A stretch of DNA of 64,000 nt, taken from positions 576,001 to 640,000 of the forward strand of contig CBDHHL010000056.1 in NCBI GenBank assembly GCA_965263355.1, in the 5' to 3' direction. Below, piece by piece: positions 42,559 to 52,866 of the stretch (the first letter of the stretch is position 1; each line of letters begins with the position of its first letter). The notes beneath the pieces were generated by a model. That model had not been told where the DNA came from. It saw only the letters and a program-made list of their open reading frames with translations, and did not search any database. The position numbers and the translations under genes are program-made. This DNA is from Leptolyngbyaceae cyanobacterium. Lineage in GTDB: Bacteria > Cyanobacteriota > Cyanobacteriia > Phormidesmidales > Phormidesmidaceae.

Positions 42559-42626
42559 GGATAGTCTCCTAGTAAGTTGAAATCGTTTGAGAATGTTAGA
42601 CTGGACTCGCTATATTCAGTTAATAG

Positions 42627-42750
42627 TTAAAATTTGCGCTGATAGCTATTGCCTCGGTAGGTTAGGGTTACTACTTGGCTAGCTAATGCATCAGGCAGCT
42701 CAATAACCAAGTTGTGAATTTTTAGTTGTTTATTTTTGATGGTTGTGACA
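42627..42750 (-). pseudogene. Remnant of a second DUF4278 gene
   Basis: Start-less frame ..LASQVVTLTYRGNSYQRKF* matches DQVVALTYQGNTYQ of the neighbouring gene. Confidence 0.55.
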
Positions 42751-43381
42751 TCGACTCAGCTGCAACAATGGTGGTGTTAGAAATGCCTGCAAGGTACTGC
42801 TTAAGTTGTTTACGCAAAATGGAGCGAGCCTGCTGAATACGCTTACGGGCGTTATCTTCTGAGATTGATAGTTGTTGGGAAATGTCTTTGTAGGAACTCT
42901 CTTTAAGAAATTTCAAGACAAATGGTTGATGCAGTCTGGGAGGGAGTTCTGCAATAATTTGCTGTAGATAGGTGATTAATTCCTGTCTGAGCAAAGTTGT
43001 TTTAGGAGAAGATGTACTAGTCAAAGCAATGGCATCTGTCACTACCTCTTCAAAATTGTCTACACCAACGGGTTGGCGACTATGGGCTCGATGTAAGTCG
43101 ACACAGAGGTTATGGGTGAGACGGGTTAACCAGGCTTTGGGATTGGTAATTTTGTCAGCATATTGAGGCCATTTGGCTCGGGCTTTAAGCATTGCGTTGC
43201 TCAAGGCTTCTTCGGCATTGGCTTGATTGCCACCCATCCATTGCAGGCAACGGTGGGATAAATAGGACTGATGCTGGAGCCAGACAGGCCAAAAATCCGG
43301 TTGTTGGTTTGAAGTACTTGATTCGATAGGAACAGTAAGGGCCAGCGGTGGACTGTAAACGGGAGCGGTTAGAGTCTTCAT
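42722..43381 (-). CDS. ECF-type sigma-70 factor
   Basis: Region 2 AEEALS..KAWLTRLTHNLCVD; region 4 LPPRL..SYKDISQQLSISEDNARKRIQQAR. Confidence 0.88.
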   Translation of the reverse strand: MKTLTAPVYSPPLALTVPIESSTSNQQPDFWPVWLQHQSYLSHRCLQWMGGNQANAEEALSNAMLKARAKWPQYADKITNPKAWLTRLTHNLCVDLHRAHSRQPVGVDNFEEVVTDAIALTSTSSPKTTLLRQELITYLQQIIAELPPRLHQPFVLKFLKESSYKDISQQLSISEDNARKRIQQARSILRKQLKQYLAGISNTTIVAAESMSQPSKINN

Positions 43382-43762
43382 TAATTAGGGCAACGAATGA
43401 ATCTATGCCCTTACGTTAGGTAGGGGATCTACCCCGATTCAAATTGCCCCAGTTATGCTGAAATGCTTATATAGCAATAGTTAAAACAATTCTGAAGACA
43501 TGCTAATTAGGATTATGCCCCGAACTTTATATGGTTAAGGGCATACACGTAAATAAGAAAAAGGATAGAGGCTGCATGGCTGCATCATCGATTTACACAG
43601 ATCCATCCATTCCAGGATGGTAATGGACGAGTCGCACGCTGTCTGGCAAACCTTGTGTTTATTCAAGCTGAGTCGTCAAACGATTTAAAGATTGGCTAGA
43701 CGACATCATTGTTACAGGTCTAGAATACTGGAATAAAAGTTTGTAACGCTACATTGCCTTGC

Positions 43763-45448
43763 TTATACTATCAAGTCAGGATGAATACCCTGACGAATTA
43801 CTAGGTCATCTTTCAGTTGTTGTAATTCCACCAATGTATTTTCCAAAAGTATTTGCTGCCCTGCCCATTGCTTTTGTGATGGTGGCATTACAATCGATTG
43901 ATAGAGAATAGGTTTGACTGTTGTTTTGTACGTATCGATAGCCGTCAGGGCAGTGTCAGAAAAGTGAGCCAGGTAAGCACGGGCTGCATCTCGGCTAAGC
44001 TCAGGCGAAATTGTTGGTTCTGACTGGGTCGATGCTTTGTTTTTACGTCCAGCTTTGTTGATCAGGTGACTAGCGCCCCCCAAAACAGCGGCACCCATGG
44101 GGCCACCAAGTACCCAGCCAAGACCTGTTGCGATCGCAACCGGAGCCACGCCATCATCTCGTTTTTTCTGGGGGTCATCCAATTCAGGTGGGGTATTTGC
44201 GGTCTCATCCGGCGACTGCCAACCTACCCATAAATCCACCGGACACGGTTGTTCAAAAAAATCGCAGGCCTTATAAACCCATTCAGTGACAGCCCGCTTT
44301 TTTTGTTTCCACACCGGCTGTAATGTCTCTTCTAGCCACAGTGGTGCTGTGCCCTCCTGCAGTGCGGTAGCAAACCCATACTGATACTGATCCAACAAAT
44401 TTCTCAACCGCAACCAGTCCTGTAACTCAGTCACACTTTGCTGAAATCCCTTTTGCAATAGCTCCAGGGCTCGCTGTTTAATCGCCGCTCGCCGACTGTC
44501 TGGTTGCAGCATTGTCTTCAGGGTATGCAGTTGTTGTTGCAACCCTTGTTGCACCTGGGAAATTAAAGGCAACAATCGCGGCAACCGATGTTGAGACAGT
44601 TGAGGTTTACGCACCTGAACCAGACTGTGCAATGCAGATTCTAACGCTGGTAGCCCCGCCTGGGTTGCCGCCGCCATATTACCCTTAAGCCGAGCCCGCA
44701 AAGCAGGCAACGCATCCACCCCATAAAGATTACTCACCCCATCCGGCAGGGTAGCTCGAAAATCTTGGGCTAAAAATCTCAGACGATACATCACCTGTTT
44801 ACGATCCTCAGGCTCCATAAGATTGAGAAAATTCACCACAAACAACACTGTGGTAATGCCCCGATCTAGCAACCAGTCTCGCAAATGCTCCCGTTCTGTC
44901 AGGGTCATTAACTTACGGCCATCCAATAGCTGGATCACCACATCGGTCTCCAGCAGCTTGGCATAAACCAACTCATTTTGAGCCTGCCGATCATCGGTCC
45001 CCGGCAGGTCCACCAGCTCCACCCCCGATTGCAAAAATGGATGGGGACATGCCACCGCCACCGCCGCCACCTCCTGACGCATATGCCGCTGGTCATCCAG
45101 GGTGGCATACCGTTGCAAGATATCTGTACCGGGTTCTTTGAGTATTGTGCCATCCGTAAGGGTAATACAGCTGGTCAGTTCAGCCCCATAGGTGACTGTA
45201 ATCGCCGCCCCAGTGGTGGGAACCAAATCACTGGGCAAGGTTTTCTCACCCAGTAGCGCATTGAGGAGAGTCGATTTGCCATAGTTAAACGGACCAAAAA
45301 CGGTGATCCGCAGGGTAGGATTGGCGATGAGATCGCACTGACTCAACAGATTGTTTTTAAGCTCAGCATTGTTGTTGTCCAACAGCCCTACCGCTTTTCG
45401 CAGCGTCATTAGAAGAGACGTTAGTGATTCAGAGGTAGCCATTGTCAT
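43763..45448 (-). CDS. Bacterial dynamin-like protein (second of pair)
   Basis: GPFNYGKS, PTTG, LVDLPG, VVNF; hydrophobic GLGWVLGGPMG paddle. Confidence 0.88.
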   Translation of the reverse strand: MTMATSESLTSLLMTLRKAVGLLDNNNAELKNNLLSQCDLIANPTLRITVFGPFNYGKSTLLNALLGEKTLPSDLVPTTGAAITVTYGAELTSCITLTDGTILKEPGTDILQRYATLDDQRHMRQEVAAVAVACPHPFLQSGVELVDLPGTDDRQAQNELVYAKLLETDVVIQLLDGRKLMTLTEREHLRDWLLDRGITTVLFVVNFLNLMEPEDRKQVMYRLRFLAQDFRATLPDGVSNLYGVDALPALRARLKGNMAAATQAGLPALESALHSLVQVRKPQLSQHRLPRLLPLISQVQQGLQQQLHTLKTMLQPDSRRAAIKQRALELLQKGFQQSVTELQDWLRLRNLLDQYQYGFATALQEGTAPLWLEETLQPVWKQKKRAVTEWVYKACDFFEQPCPVDLWVGWQSPDETANTPPELDDPQKKRDDGVAPVAIATGLGWVLGGPMGAAVLGGASHLINKAGRKNKASTQSEPTISPELSRDAARAYLAHFSDTALTAIDTYKTTVKPILYQSIVMPPSQKQWAGQQILLENTLVELQQLKDDLVIRQGIHPDLIV

Positions 45449-45476
45449 TAAGCCTCCTCAGCCTCCCATTGCTCCT

Positions 45477-47549
45477 TTACTCTACCGCCAACAAATACTG
45501 GTATACCGACTCTAGCTGCTGATACGCCGCATTAACGTCCCCCTGAGCCGCCTTGAGTCTCTGGGTTTCAGCATCTCGGTTAATCTCACATGTCTCTTTT
45601 TGCTTGACCAGGTTATCTAATTCCGCTTTGCGACTAGCAATATCTAGGTCAATGCGCTCCATTACTGACGTTTCGTAACTCTCAAAGCCGTCATACACCG
45701 CATCATAAATAGTCTGCCACTGTTCATCAGCAATCTTTGGTAAATGCTTGACCAGCTCCTTTCTCATGGCCTCAGCCAGTTCCTTGCGAGCCTGATCTAT
45801 CTGTAGTGCGCCAAACCCGAGACCAACAAGTACCAGCATTAAGGGTGCTAATGTGATGCTAAAAAGAGCTGATGCAATCAGGGCAACACTGCTAACGGTC
45901 AGAAAGTTGAGCAAAATACTTTGCCAGTCAAAACCAGTCGCCGCTAAGGCCACACCAGCCACATTGCCAGACGCTAGAGAAATTAACCCCATGGCCCACC
46001 TGGCCCAGTTAGGTGAATCATCTTCACCCAAACTATTGGGCAGTTTAACGGTATTCTGACCCGTGAGTTTTGCGGTCATACGGTCGGTAATTTGAGCATA
46101 GGACGCCCCATACTGGGCTGCATTTTTGGCCAGTTGCGCAAAGGCTGCATCCACATCCTTTTCAGCCGTCCGTGACCATTCATAGAACTTATCGTTAAAG
46201 TATTGCTCAAAGGCCTGCTTTAACTCAGCACTAAAGCGACCGCGTCCACCGTCACTAATAAACTCTCCCAGATGAATCTCGGGTTGGTAACGGAGAAAGT
46301 CTTCTTCAAAGGTTTTCTCCATATTGATCATATAAGTACGAAAGGAATTGGCAACAGCAGTAGATTTGCGATCGCACATAGACCGAATATCCGCCCGAAA
46401 CTGGTCGCGAATATCCGCCAACTGCTTAAACTCCGGCTCCACCGAATCAATCCGCTGCTTCAATTCATCCACATCCTGATTTAGCAACGGTAGCCGCCGC
46501 TCCAGGGCTTCCGCAAAGCGGCTTTGGGCCTGACGGCCCAGGATACGGGCCTGACGAAACTCAGCCACCGCCCGTTCTTGGGTTAAAAATCGATTAAGGG
46601 CATCAATAAATGGCGGGAAGCCAGTCCCTTCTAGGGACGCATCTGGATTTTTGAGGCGCTGGCGCAACGCATTGCGGGCGGAAATAGCAAACACACGCTC
46701 ATCGTACCAATCCTGTCCATCGATTTGGCAATAGTCCTCAAGCTGGGTATGAAAGACTTGATGTAACCTAGCTTCAGCCGCAGCAACCGCTTCTGCATCA
46801 TCAGGGTCCAATAAACTTTCCTTGACCTGGTCCCAGGCATTAATCAAAAAGAAAACCGACAGACCTCGGTCCTTTATATAGTTCTCCAGGTAGCGACGCT
46901 CTGTCAGGGTACAAGGCTGTGTAGCCCGTAATACAAATAAAATCGAGTGGCAGTTATTGATATAGCCCAAAGACAGCTCATTGCGCGCTTCCGTATCATT
47001 AAGTCCGGGGCTATCAACAATTTCTATGCCTTTTTCCAATAGGGGCAGCGGATAGTCCACCACCGCATGGCTGATATCAGGAAAGGCCAGCTCCTTATTA
47101 GCCTCTAATTGCTTTGCTTCGCCTGGGTCAATGGTGTAACGCTGTTTAAATTCTGCAAAATCAACGGATTCAGCCGCACGGTCATCAACAAAATGGACCG
47201 TTACCTTCTTCTCAGGGCCGTAGCGTAGTACCGTCAGCAGAGCCGTACAGGGGTTGACATCGCTGGGTAACAGGTTCTCTCCAATCAGGGCATTTAAGAA
47301 CGTACTTTTCCCACGCTTCATATCCCCCAGCACCAGCAACCGAAAGACACCGCGACGTAGATTTTGACTGGCGGTTTCAATATCCTCAATCGTTTGCCCT
47401 AGACCTAACCCCCCAGAGGCATCAGCACTGTCTGCTTCGGTATCCGTCAGCACTTGGGTGAGCTTGGTTAAACTATCTGCCATCCGCTGGCGTACCTGGG
47501 CAACACGATCCAGATCGCTAAAGAAATCAGTCGATTGAATTGTAGGCAT
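45477..47549 (-). CDS. Bacterial dynamin-like protein (BDLP-type)
   Basis: GDMKRGKS, VNPCT, IVDSPG, LINAWD; hydrophobic paddle region. Confidence 0.92.
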   Translation of the reverse strand: MPTIQSTDFFSDLDRVAQVRQRMADSLTKLTQVLTDTEADSADASGGLGLGQTIEDIETASQNLRRGVFRLLVLGDMKRGKSTFLNALIGENLLPSDVNPCTALLTVLRYGPEKKVTVHFVDDRAAESVDFAEFKQRYTIDPGEAKQLEANKELAFPDISHAVVDYPLPLLEKGIEIVDSPGLNDTEARNELSLGYINNCHSILFVLRATQPCTLTERRYLENYIKDRGLSVFFLINAWDQVKESLLDPDDAEAVAAAEARLHQVFHTQLEDYCQIDGQDWYDERVFAISARNALRQRLKNPDASLEGTGFPPFIDALNRFLTQERAVAEFRQARILGRQAQSRFAEALERRLPLLNQDVDELKQRIDSVEPEFKQLADIRDQFRADIRSMCDRKSTAVANSFRTYMINMEKTFEEDFLRYQPEIHLGEFISDGGRGRFSAELKQAFEQYFNDKFYEWSRTAEKDVDAAFAQLAKNAAQYGASYAQITDRMTAKLTGQNTVKLPNSLGEDDSPNWARWAMGLISLASGNVAGVALAATGFDWQSILLNFLTVSSVALIASALFSITLAPLMLVLVGLGFGALQIDQARKELAEAMRKELVKHLPKIADEQWQTIYDAVYDGFESYETSVMERIDLDIASRKAELDNLVKQKETCEINRDAETQRLKAAQGDVNAAYQQLESVYQYLLAVE

Positions 47550-47586
47550 TGTAAAACCTCAGGTAGTGGGTATTCGTACAAGCGCG

Positions 47587-47910
47587 TTAACCTTTATCCC
47601 GGTCGCTTTCTAGAAAGAGCTTATAACCGGCCCAGCCGATACCAAATATTAAAAGTAATGTGGCTAACCAGGTGGCTAACTTGACAGCCACAATCACACC
47701 CACGACGATCAAGCCAAATTTTGCAATTTTAGGTAGGCGCTTGTACCAGGGGCGACCTAGAGTCTCTGTCTGCTTTGTAGTCGGCTGCACTGGTGTAGAA
47801 TCCTCTAGTTCAGCCTCCAGCTCACGCAAACGCATCTTAACTTCGCGTTCCTTAAGCTCTGCTTCCCGATTTTTGAGTTCTTGCTCTTTTGACTGATGAT
47901 CAGGATTCAT
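47587..47910 (-). CDS. Small coiled-coil plus two-TM membrane protein upstream of the dynamin pair
   Basis: ELKNREAELKERE coiled coil and a hydrophobic hairpin; co-directional with the dynamins. Confidence 0.7.
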   Translation of the reverse strand: MNPDHQSKEQELKNREAELKEREVKMRLRELEAELEDSTPVQPTTKQTETLGRPWYKRLPKIAKFGLIVVGVIVAVKLATWLATLLLIFGIGWAGYKLFLESDRDKG

Positions 47911-48235
47911 GGATTTACAAAGGATCAACCACTGCTTTCCAACATAGTCGTTGTTTTCAGCACCCGCAACCCGTTAACTCCCCCTATGGGCTATGGACAA
48001 GGTTCAAACGTATTGTCATTGATAGAGAAAACCCTAAGTAAATCCAAATCACCGTTTATACAAAATCCGTATAAAACGTTTATTATTGATACGTAGTGTT
48101 TTGTAGCATTTGAGTAAGTAGACTAGTTCAATCCTTTATGTAAGATGCCAATAAGCTGTTAGCTCTCTATAGATCAGCAAACTCAATCTTGACGGACGAC
48201 TACCTATTCATGATGTTTTTGTCACTGCTACATTA

Positions 48236-50080
48236 ATGAAATTATTCCAACAGTTTCCGACTCTCCTGGAAGATCAGATCGAATATTCCTCAATGGAATT
48301 GCCCAATCAATTTCCAATCCTTTTAGAAGGGATGTTCGATGACCTACATGGGCCCCACCTTGACCCGAATCAAATCTCTGCTGCCCCACACTCTCCTGAC
48401 GAAAGTCCATATTCTCAAAGCTATTCCATTGCCGAGGTTAGTGATGGCGGATCTGGGCTGGCATCTGCCGAGGTTAGTGATGGCGGACCTAGACTCGCAT
48501 CAAGGCAGAATAGGCCTCAATCCGATTTAGGTTTTACATCCTTAGAATTTCAATTTTTAGAACATAACGATACTATTTCAGACGCAGTCGATACGGGAAT
48601 AGTGGGTCCGGGGAACTTTTTTGCGTTTACTGGCATTGGTGACAATCTGTCGTTAGCTCCAAACGATGATGTCGATCTATTTGAGCTACAGCTTACTCTG
48701 GGTGACAACCTGGTGGTAGATATCGATGCGATTACTATCGGGTCTAACCTCGACTCTGTTCTGAGTATTTTTGATTCTACGGGTACGCTAGTCGCCCAAA
48801 ATGATGACATTGACATCTTGGATTCATTTATTGACTTCACAGCGACCGCCACCGATACCTACTATATTGGTGTGAGTAGTTTTGCCAACTTTAGCTATGA
48901 TCCCTTTGTGGAGGGTAGCGGTGTTGGTAACAGTAGCGGCTTTTATACTCTCACTGTCGATGTGACCGCTGCCCCTAGTTTAGAGCCTAACGATACGATT
49001 CCAGACGCAGTCGATACTGGAATAATGGGCTCGGGTGACTTTTCTGTTGTCTCTGAAATTGGTAACAATCCGTCCCTAGCGCCAGAAGATGATGTAGATC
49101 TGTTTGAGCTGCAACTCGATGCAGGGGATCAGTTAATAGTGGATATTGATGCCGATGCTCTTGGGACCGGTCTCGATCCTATACTCACCGTATATGACTC
49201 TGCGGGTACGCTAATTGCTAAAAATGATGATTTTGATGGCTTAGACTCATTTATCGACTTTACAGCTAGCACCACTGATACTTATTACGTTGGTGTGAGT
49301 AGTTTTAGTAAAACTGACTTTGATCCCTTTGTGGAGGGTAGTGGTAATGGCAACAGTGCTGGTGCCTATACTCTCTCCATGGAAGTCAATGATGCGTCTA
49401 ATATAAGCGACTTTGATATAGAGCTTGTCTTTTTCGATGATTCTTTAACGCCTAGTCAACAGACTATTTTTGCGGCGGCAGCTAAGCGTTGGGAGCAAAT
49501 TATCATTGACGATATTCCTGATGTTTTTGTAACCGGGTTTGGGTTAATTGATGATGTTCTCATCGGGGCAAGTGCGCCTTTGATTGATGGTGTCGGTGGA
49601 ATCTTAGGTCAGGCAGGGCCAATCGCTCTGCGTAATGATGGGTCATTCTTGCCATCCATTGGAGTCATGGAATTCGACTCAGCAGATTTAATCAATCTGG
49701 AAACAAGCGGTGCCCTCGAAGATGTTATTTTGCATGAAATGGGTCACGTTCTAGGTATCGGTACGATATGGGAGGCCTTAGGCTTGTTGACTGGAGTTGG
49801 CACCGATGATCCAAGGTTTATCGGTGCTGGTGCTACGGCAGAGTATAACGATATTTTTGGGGTTGAAGAGTCTAGTATTCCCGTAGAAGCTGATGGCGGT
49901 CCAGGGACAGCGTTTGGACATTGGGACGATGAGCTTTTCTTTAACGAGTTGATGACCGGGTTTCTTTCCCCCGGAGACAACCCGTTGAGTCGTATTACCG
50001 TTGCATCTTTAGGAGATTTGGGCTACGGGGTTGATTTAAGTGCGGCAGATCCCTACACTCCCCCTAGCGTCTTTGGATAA
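48236..50080 (+). CDS. Zinc metallopeptidase (leishmanolysin-like) with two pre-peptidase C-terminal (PPC) domains
   Basis: Two EPND/DVDLF/NDD/YY.GVS modules; IDG..GILGQAGP, HEMGHVLG, GGPGT..GHW, ELMTG. Confidence 0.85.
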   Translation: MKLFQQFPTLLEDQIEYSSMELPNQFPILLEGMFDDLHGPHLDPNQISAAPHSPDESPYSQSYSIAEVSDGGSGLASAEVSDGGPRLASRQNRPQSDLGFTSLEFQFLEHNDTISDAVDTGIVGPGNFFAFTGIGDNLSLAPNDDVDLFELQLTLGDNLVVDIDAITIGSNLDSVLSIFDSTGTLVAQNDDIDILDSFIDFTATATDTYYIGVSSFANFSYDPFVEGSGVGNSSGFYTLTVDVTAAPSLEPNDTIPDAVDTGIMGSGDFSVVSEIGNNPSLAPEDDVDLFELQLDAGDQLIVDIDADALGTGLDPILTVYDSAGTLIAKNDDFDGLDSFIDFTASTTDTYYVGVSSFSKTDFDPFVEGSGNGNSAGAYTLSMEVNDASNISDFDIELVFFDDSLTPSQQTIFAAAAKRWEQIIIDDIPDVFVTGFGLIDDVLIGASAPLIDGVGGILGQAGPIALRNDGSFLPSIGVMEFDSADLINLETSGALEDVILHEMGHVLGIGTIWEALGLLTGVGTDDPRFIGAGATAEYNDIFGVEESSIPVEADGGPGTAFGHWDDELFFNELMTGFLSPGDNPLSRITVASLGDLGYGVDLSAADPYTPPSVFG

Positions 50081-50101
50081 TCTAGTAAGTAGATGGTTCC
50101 A

Positions 50102-51574
50102 TCACGGAATTATTGTCGCATTACTGCCTGCCTTTTCATCCTTCAGCGGTATCCTCAAGCCTCGTCTAATCAGCGCAAACAGATCAACGGCCCCTTGAGA
50201 ACTTTGAGAACCGCCTGGTCTCAGATAACAAAGCCATAGTCCAATTGCACCCCAAGCCAATAAGCTCAATAAAAACGTTGAGGCAACCACACAGCCGCAC
50301 CCTAACAATTGATAAAGGGTTTGTTGAGCCACAGGATACACGCGAGTAAATTCGAGGGAAAAGTCATGGGCAAACAAACCAACCGCAACAGTCCCCCATA
50401 CACCACAAAACAAATGGATGGGAATTACATTGACCGGATCATCGATTCGTATGAGGTGCGATCGCAACAAACTCCCCCCAACCGCCACCAGGATGCCACC
50501 GACGGCACCAATGATACAGGCATCTAAGATAGAGACATAGGCTGACGATGCCGTAATACTGACCAGTCCACCTAAAATGCCGTTGATAATAGATGACAGT
50601 TTTACTTTATATTCCGTCGCCAAAAGACTGTATAAAAGACTGACTAAACCACCAGCCGTAGCCGCAAACATTGTCGTCATGATGACATGGGGAACATAGT
50701 CGAGAAATCGCGTAGAGCCCCCGTTAATACCAAACCAACCGATCCATAAAATCAAACATCCCAGAGTGGTAAACCCTGGATTACAAGATTCAAATTTTTC
50801 CCCCTGTAATCCATAGGGAAAACTGTCTGTGCTGGCATCATAGCCGAACTTTCCGGCCCTAGGATTTAGCAGCCAGGTACCCACTAATGCCGCTGTTCCA
50901 CCCACACAATGAATCACTGTTGAGCCGGCAAAATCATGGAAGTTGAGTGAGCTTGCCAGCCAGCCATGTTCACTCCGTACCCAATACCCCATCAGGGGAT
51001 AAATAAACCCAACGAAAACAAAGCTAAAGAGAATAAATGCCCGGAATTTTATCCTCTCAGCAATAGCCCCAGATACAATGGTGGCAGCTGTTACCGCAAA
51101 TGAGAGTTGCAACAGAAAAATAGCTGCAAAGGATCGATTTCCCCAAAAGGTTCTTAAATTCTCAAATCCCTGGGGAAACGGGTTTTGATTGATTTCAGAT
51201 GGAAATAAAGAATTTATAAATAGTCCGAGTTGGCCAAAAACAGGATTGCTACTATCGCCAAACATCAACCGAAATCCAAAAATAAAAAATGCCATTGCTG
51301 AAACGCAAAAAACAAGTAATTTTTTGGAGAGCCGATTGGTTGTATCAGTGTGGCAAATTCCTGCTTCTAACAGGGCAAATCCAGCGTTCATAAAAAATAC
51401 CAATAACGCTGCCATCAGCATCCAGATCGTATTGACGGCTGAAAACAGATCGTTAGCGACTGGGATTTGGCTAATGGCGTCTTGGGCAAATGCCTGAGGT
51501 GAGATAACGATTAAAAAAGTAAGTGTGAGTAAAACAAACCAGTAGATTGAAAACCGCTTGAACAAAATATGCAT
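50102..51574 (-). CDS. amt: Ammonium transporter (Amt) family protein, divergent
   Basis: FFMNAGFALLEAG, IVSGAIAER, DFAGSTVIH, NGILGGLV.IT, DDPV..IPIH. Confidence 0.88.
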   Translation of the reverse strand: MHILFKRFSIYWFVLLTLTFLIVISPQAFAQDAISQIPVANDLFSAVNTIWMLMAALLVFFMNAGFALLEAGICHTDTTNRLSKKLLVFCVSAMAFFIFGFRLMFGDSSNPVFGQLGLFINSLFPSEINQNPFPQGFENLRTFWGNRSFAAIFLLQLSFAVTAATIVSGAIAERIKFRAFILFSFVFVGFIYPLMGYWVRSEHGWLASSLNFHDFAGSTVIHCVGGTAALVGTWLLNPRAGKFGYDASTDSFPYGLQGEKFESCNPGFTTLGCLILWIGWFGINGGSTRFLDYVPHVIMTTMFAATAGGLVSLLYSLLATEYKVKLSSIINGILGGLVSITASSAYVSILDACIIGAVGGILVAVGGSLLRSHLIRIDDPVNVIPIHLFCGVWGTVAVGLFAHDFSLEFTRVYPVAQQTLYQLLGCGCVVASTFLLSLLAWGAIGLWLCYLRPGGSQSSQGAVDLFALIRRGLRIPLKDEKAGSNATIIP

Positions 51575-51847
51575 AGCCCTAAAGAGCAATAATTCGGACG
51601 ATTCGCTAGATATAGGCTGCAATCATTGATTTTTGACCATCAAGATGTCCCCAAAGCAGCCGAATTTCTCATCTTTTCCTTATGAGCCCAAAAGTGTCCG
51701 GAACGCTGACAGATGCTGAACAAATTCTTTAAATTCTGTGGGATTAGGCATCGTAGGCAATAAATATTTTTTCTTTATCTGTATTGCCACGTAAAGTAAT
51801 GAACGGGATAATGGGCGGGCAAAATTATCTGAAACTCCATAATTCCT

Positions 51848-52855
51848 ATGACTAGTAATCCACCGAAGTACAACGTTTATGGTCTTGGTAACGCTCTGGT
51901 GGATATAGAATGCGCCCTATCGGTGGAAGCCCTGGCTGCCATGGGTATGGATAAGGGCGTTATGACGTTGCTGGATGAAGCAGTCCAAAATAGTGCGATC
52001 GCACAGCTTAAAGACTATAAAGCCAAACGCTCCTGCGGGGGGTCTGCCGCTAACACCATCATCGCCATCAGCCAACTCGGTGGTAAAACTTTCTACGGCT
52101 GTAAAGTCGCCGATGACGAATATGGTCAGTTTTACACCCAAGACTTAGTCGATTGCGGCGTAGACACCAATCTAACTAGCCACGCCCCTGCCGCTGGCAT
52201 TACGGGTAAGTGTCTCGTTTTAGTCACCCCTGATGCCGATCGCACCATGGGCACGTTTCTCGGCATTTCATCCCAACTGTCTGAGGCAGACCTCAATCCT
52301 GATGCCATTGCAGATGCTGAATACACCTATATTGAAGGATTTCTTGTCAGCGGTGAAAATAGCCAACAGGCCGCCATTAAAGCTAGCCAGTTGGCCAGGG
52401 CTGCCGGACGTAAAGTGGCCATGTCCCTATCGGACTTCAACATGGTGAAGTTCTTTAAGTCAGGTCTGTTAGAAATGATTGGCGATGGCGTAGATATGCT
52501 GTTTGCCAACGAGTCCGAAGCCCTATTGATGGCAGACACCGACGACTTTGCTGCCGCCATTGAGCACACTAAAACCCTGGCTAAAGCCTTTGCCATTACC
52601 CGAGGTCCCCAAGGTTCCATCATTTTCGATGGAGAACAGGTACTGGAAATCGCCCCCTATCCAGTCGATGCCATTGACACGGTCGGTGCTGGTGACATGT
52701 ACGCCGGAGGGTTGCTTTATGGCATTACCAATGGATTAACCTGGCCCCAGGCTGGGCAATTAGGCTCCATGGCCTCAGCCAAGCTAGTCACCGCCTATGG
52801 CGCAAGAATGGCAACGGAGGAGCTACAGACTGTATTAAAACAAGTAGTTGGGTAA
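51848..52855 (+). CDS. PfkB family carbohydrate/adenosine kinase
   Basis: GNALVD, GGSAANT, FANESE, DTVGAGD. Confidence 0.9.
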   Translation: MTSNPPKYNVYGLGNALVDIECALSVEALAAMGMDKGVMTLLDEAVQNSAIAQLKDYKAKRSCGGSAANTIIAISQLGGKTFYGCKVADDEYGQFYTQDLVDCGVDTNLTSHAPAAGITGKCLVLVTPDADRTMGTFLGISSQLSEADLNPDAIADAEYTYIEGFLVSGENSQQAAIKASQLARAAGRKVAMSLSDFNMVKFFKSGLLEMIGDGVDMLFANESEALLMADTDDFAAAIEHTKTLAKAFAITRGPQGSIIFDGEQVLEIAPYPVDAIDTVGAGDMYAGGLLYGITNGLTWPQAGQLGSMASAKLVTAYGARMATEELQTVLKQVVG

Positions 52856-52866
52856 TAGGCATTTTC

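Noticed and set aside
42559..42721. Glutamine riboswitch upstream of DUF4278
   Set aside because: No recognisable glnA-motif structure by eye; the region is mostly a coding remnant. An Rfam scan would settle it
51575..51847. NtcA box upstream of amt
   Set aside because: No GTA-N8-TAC found by eye
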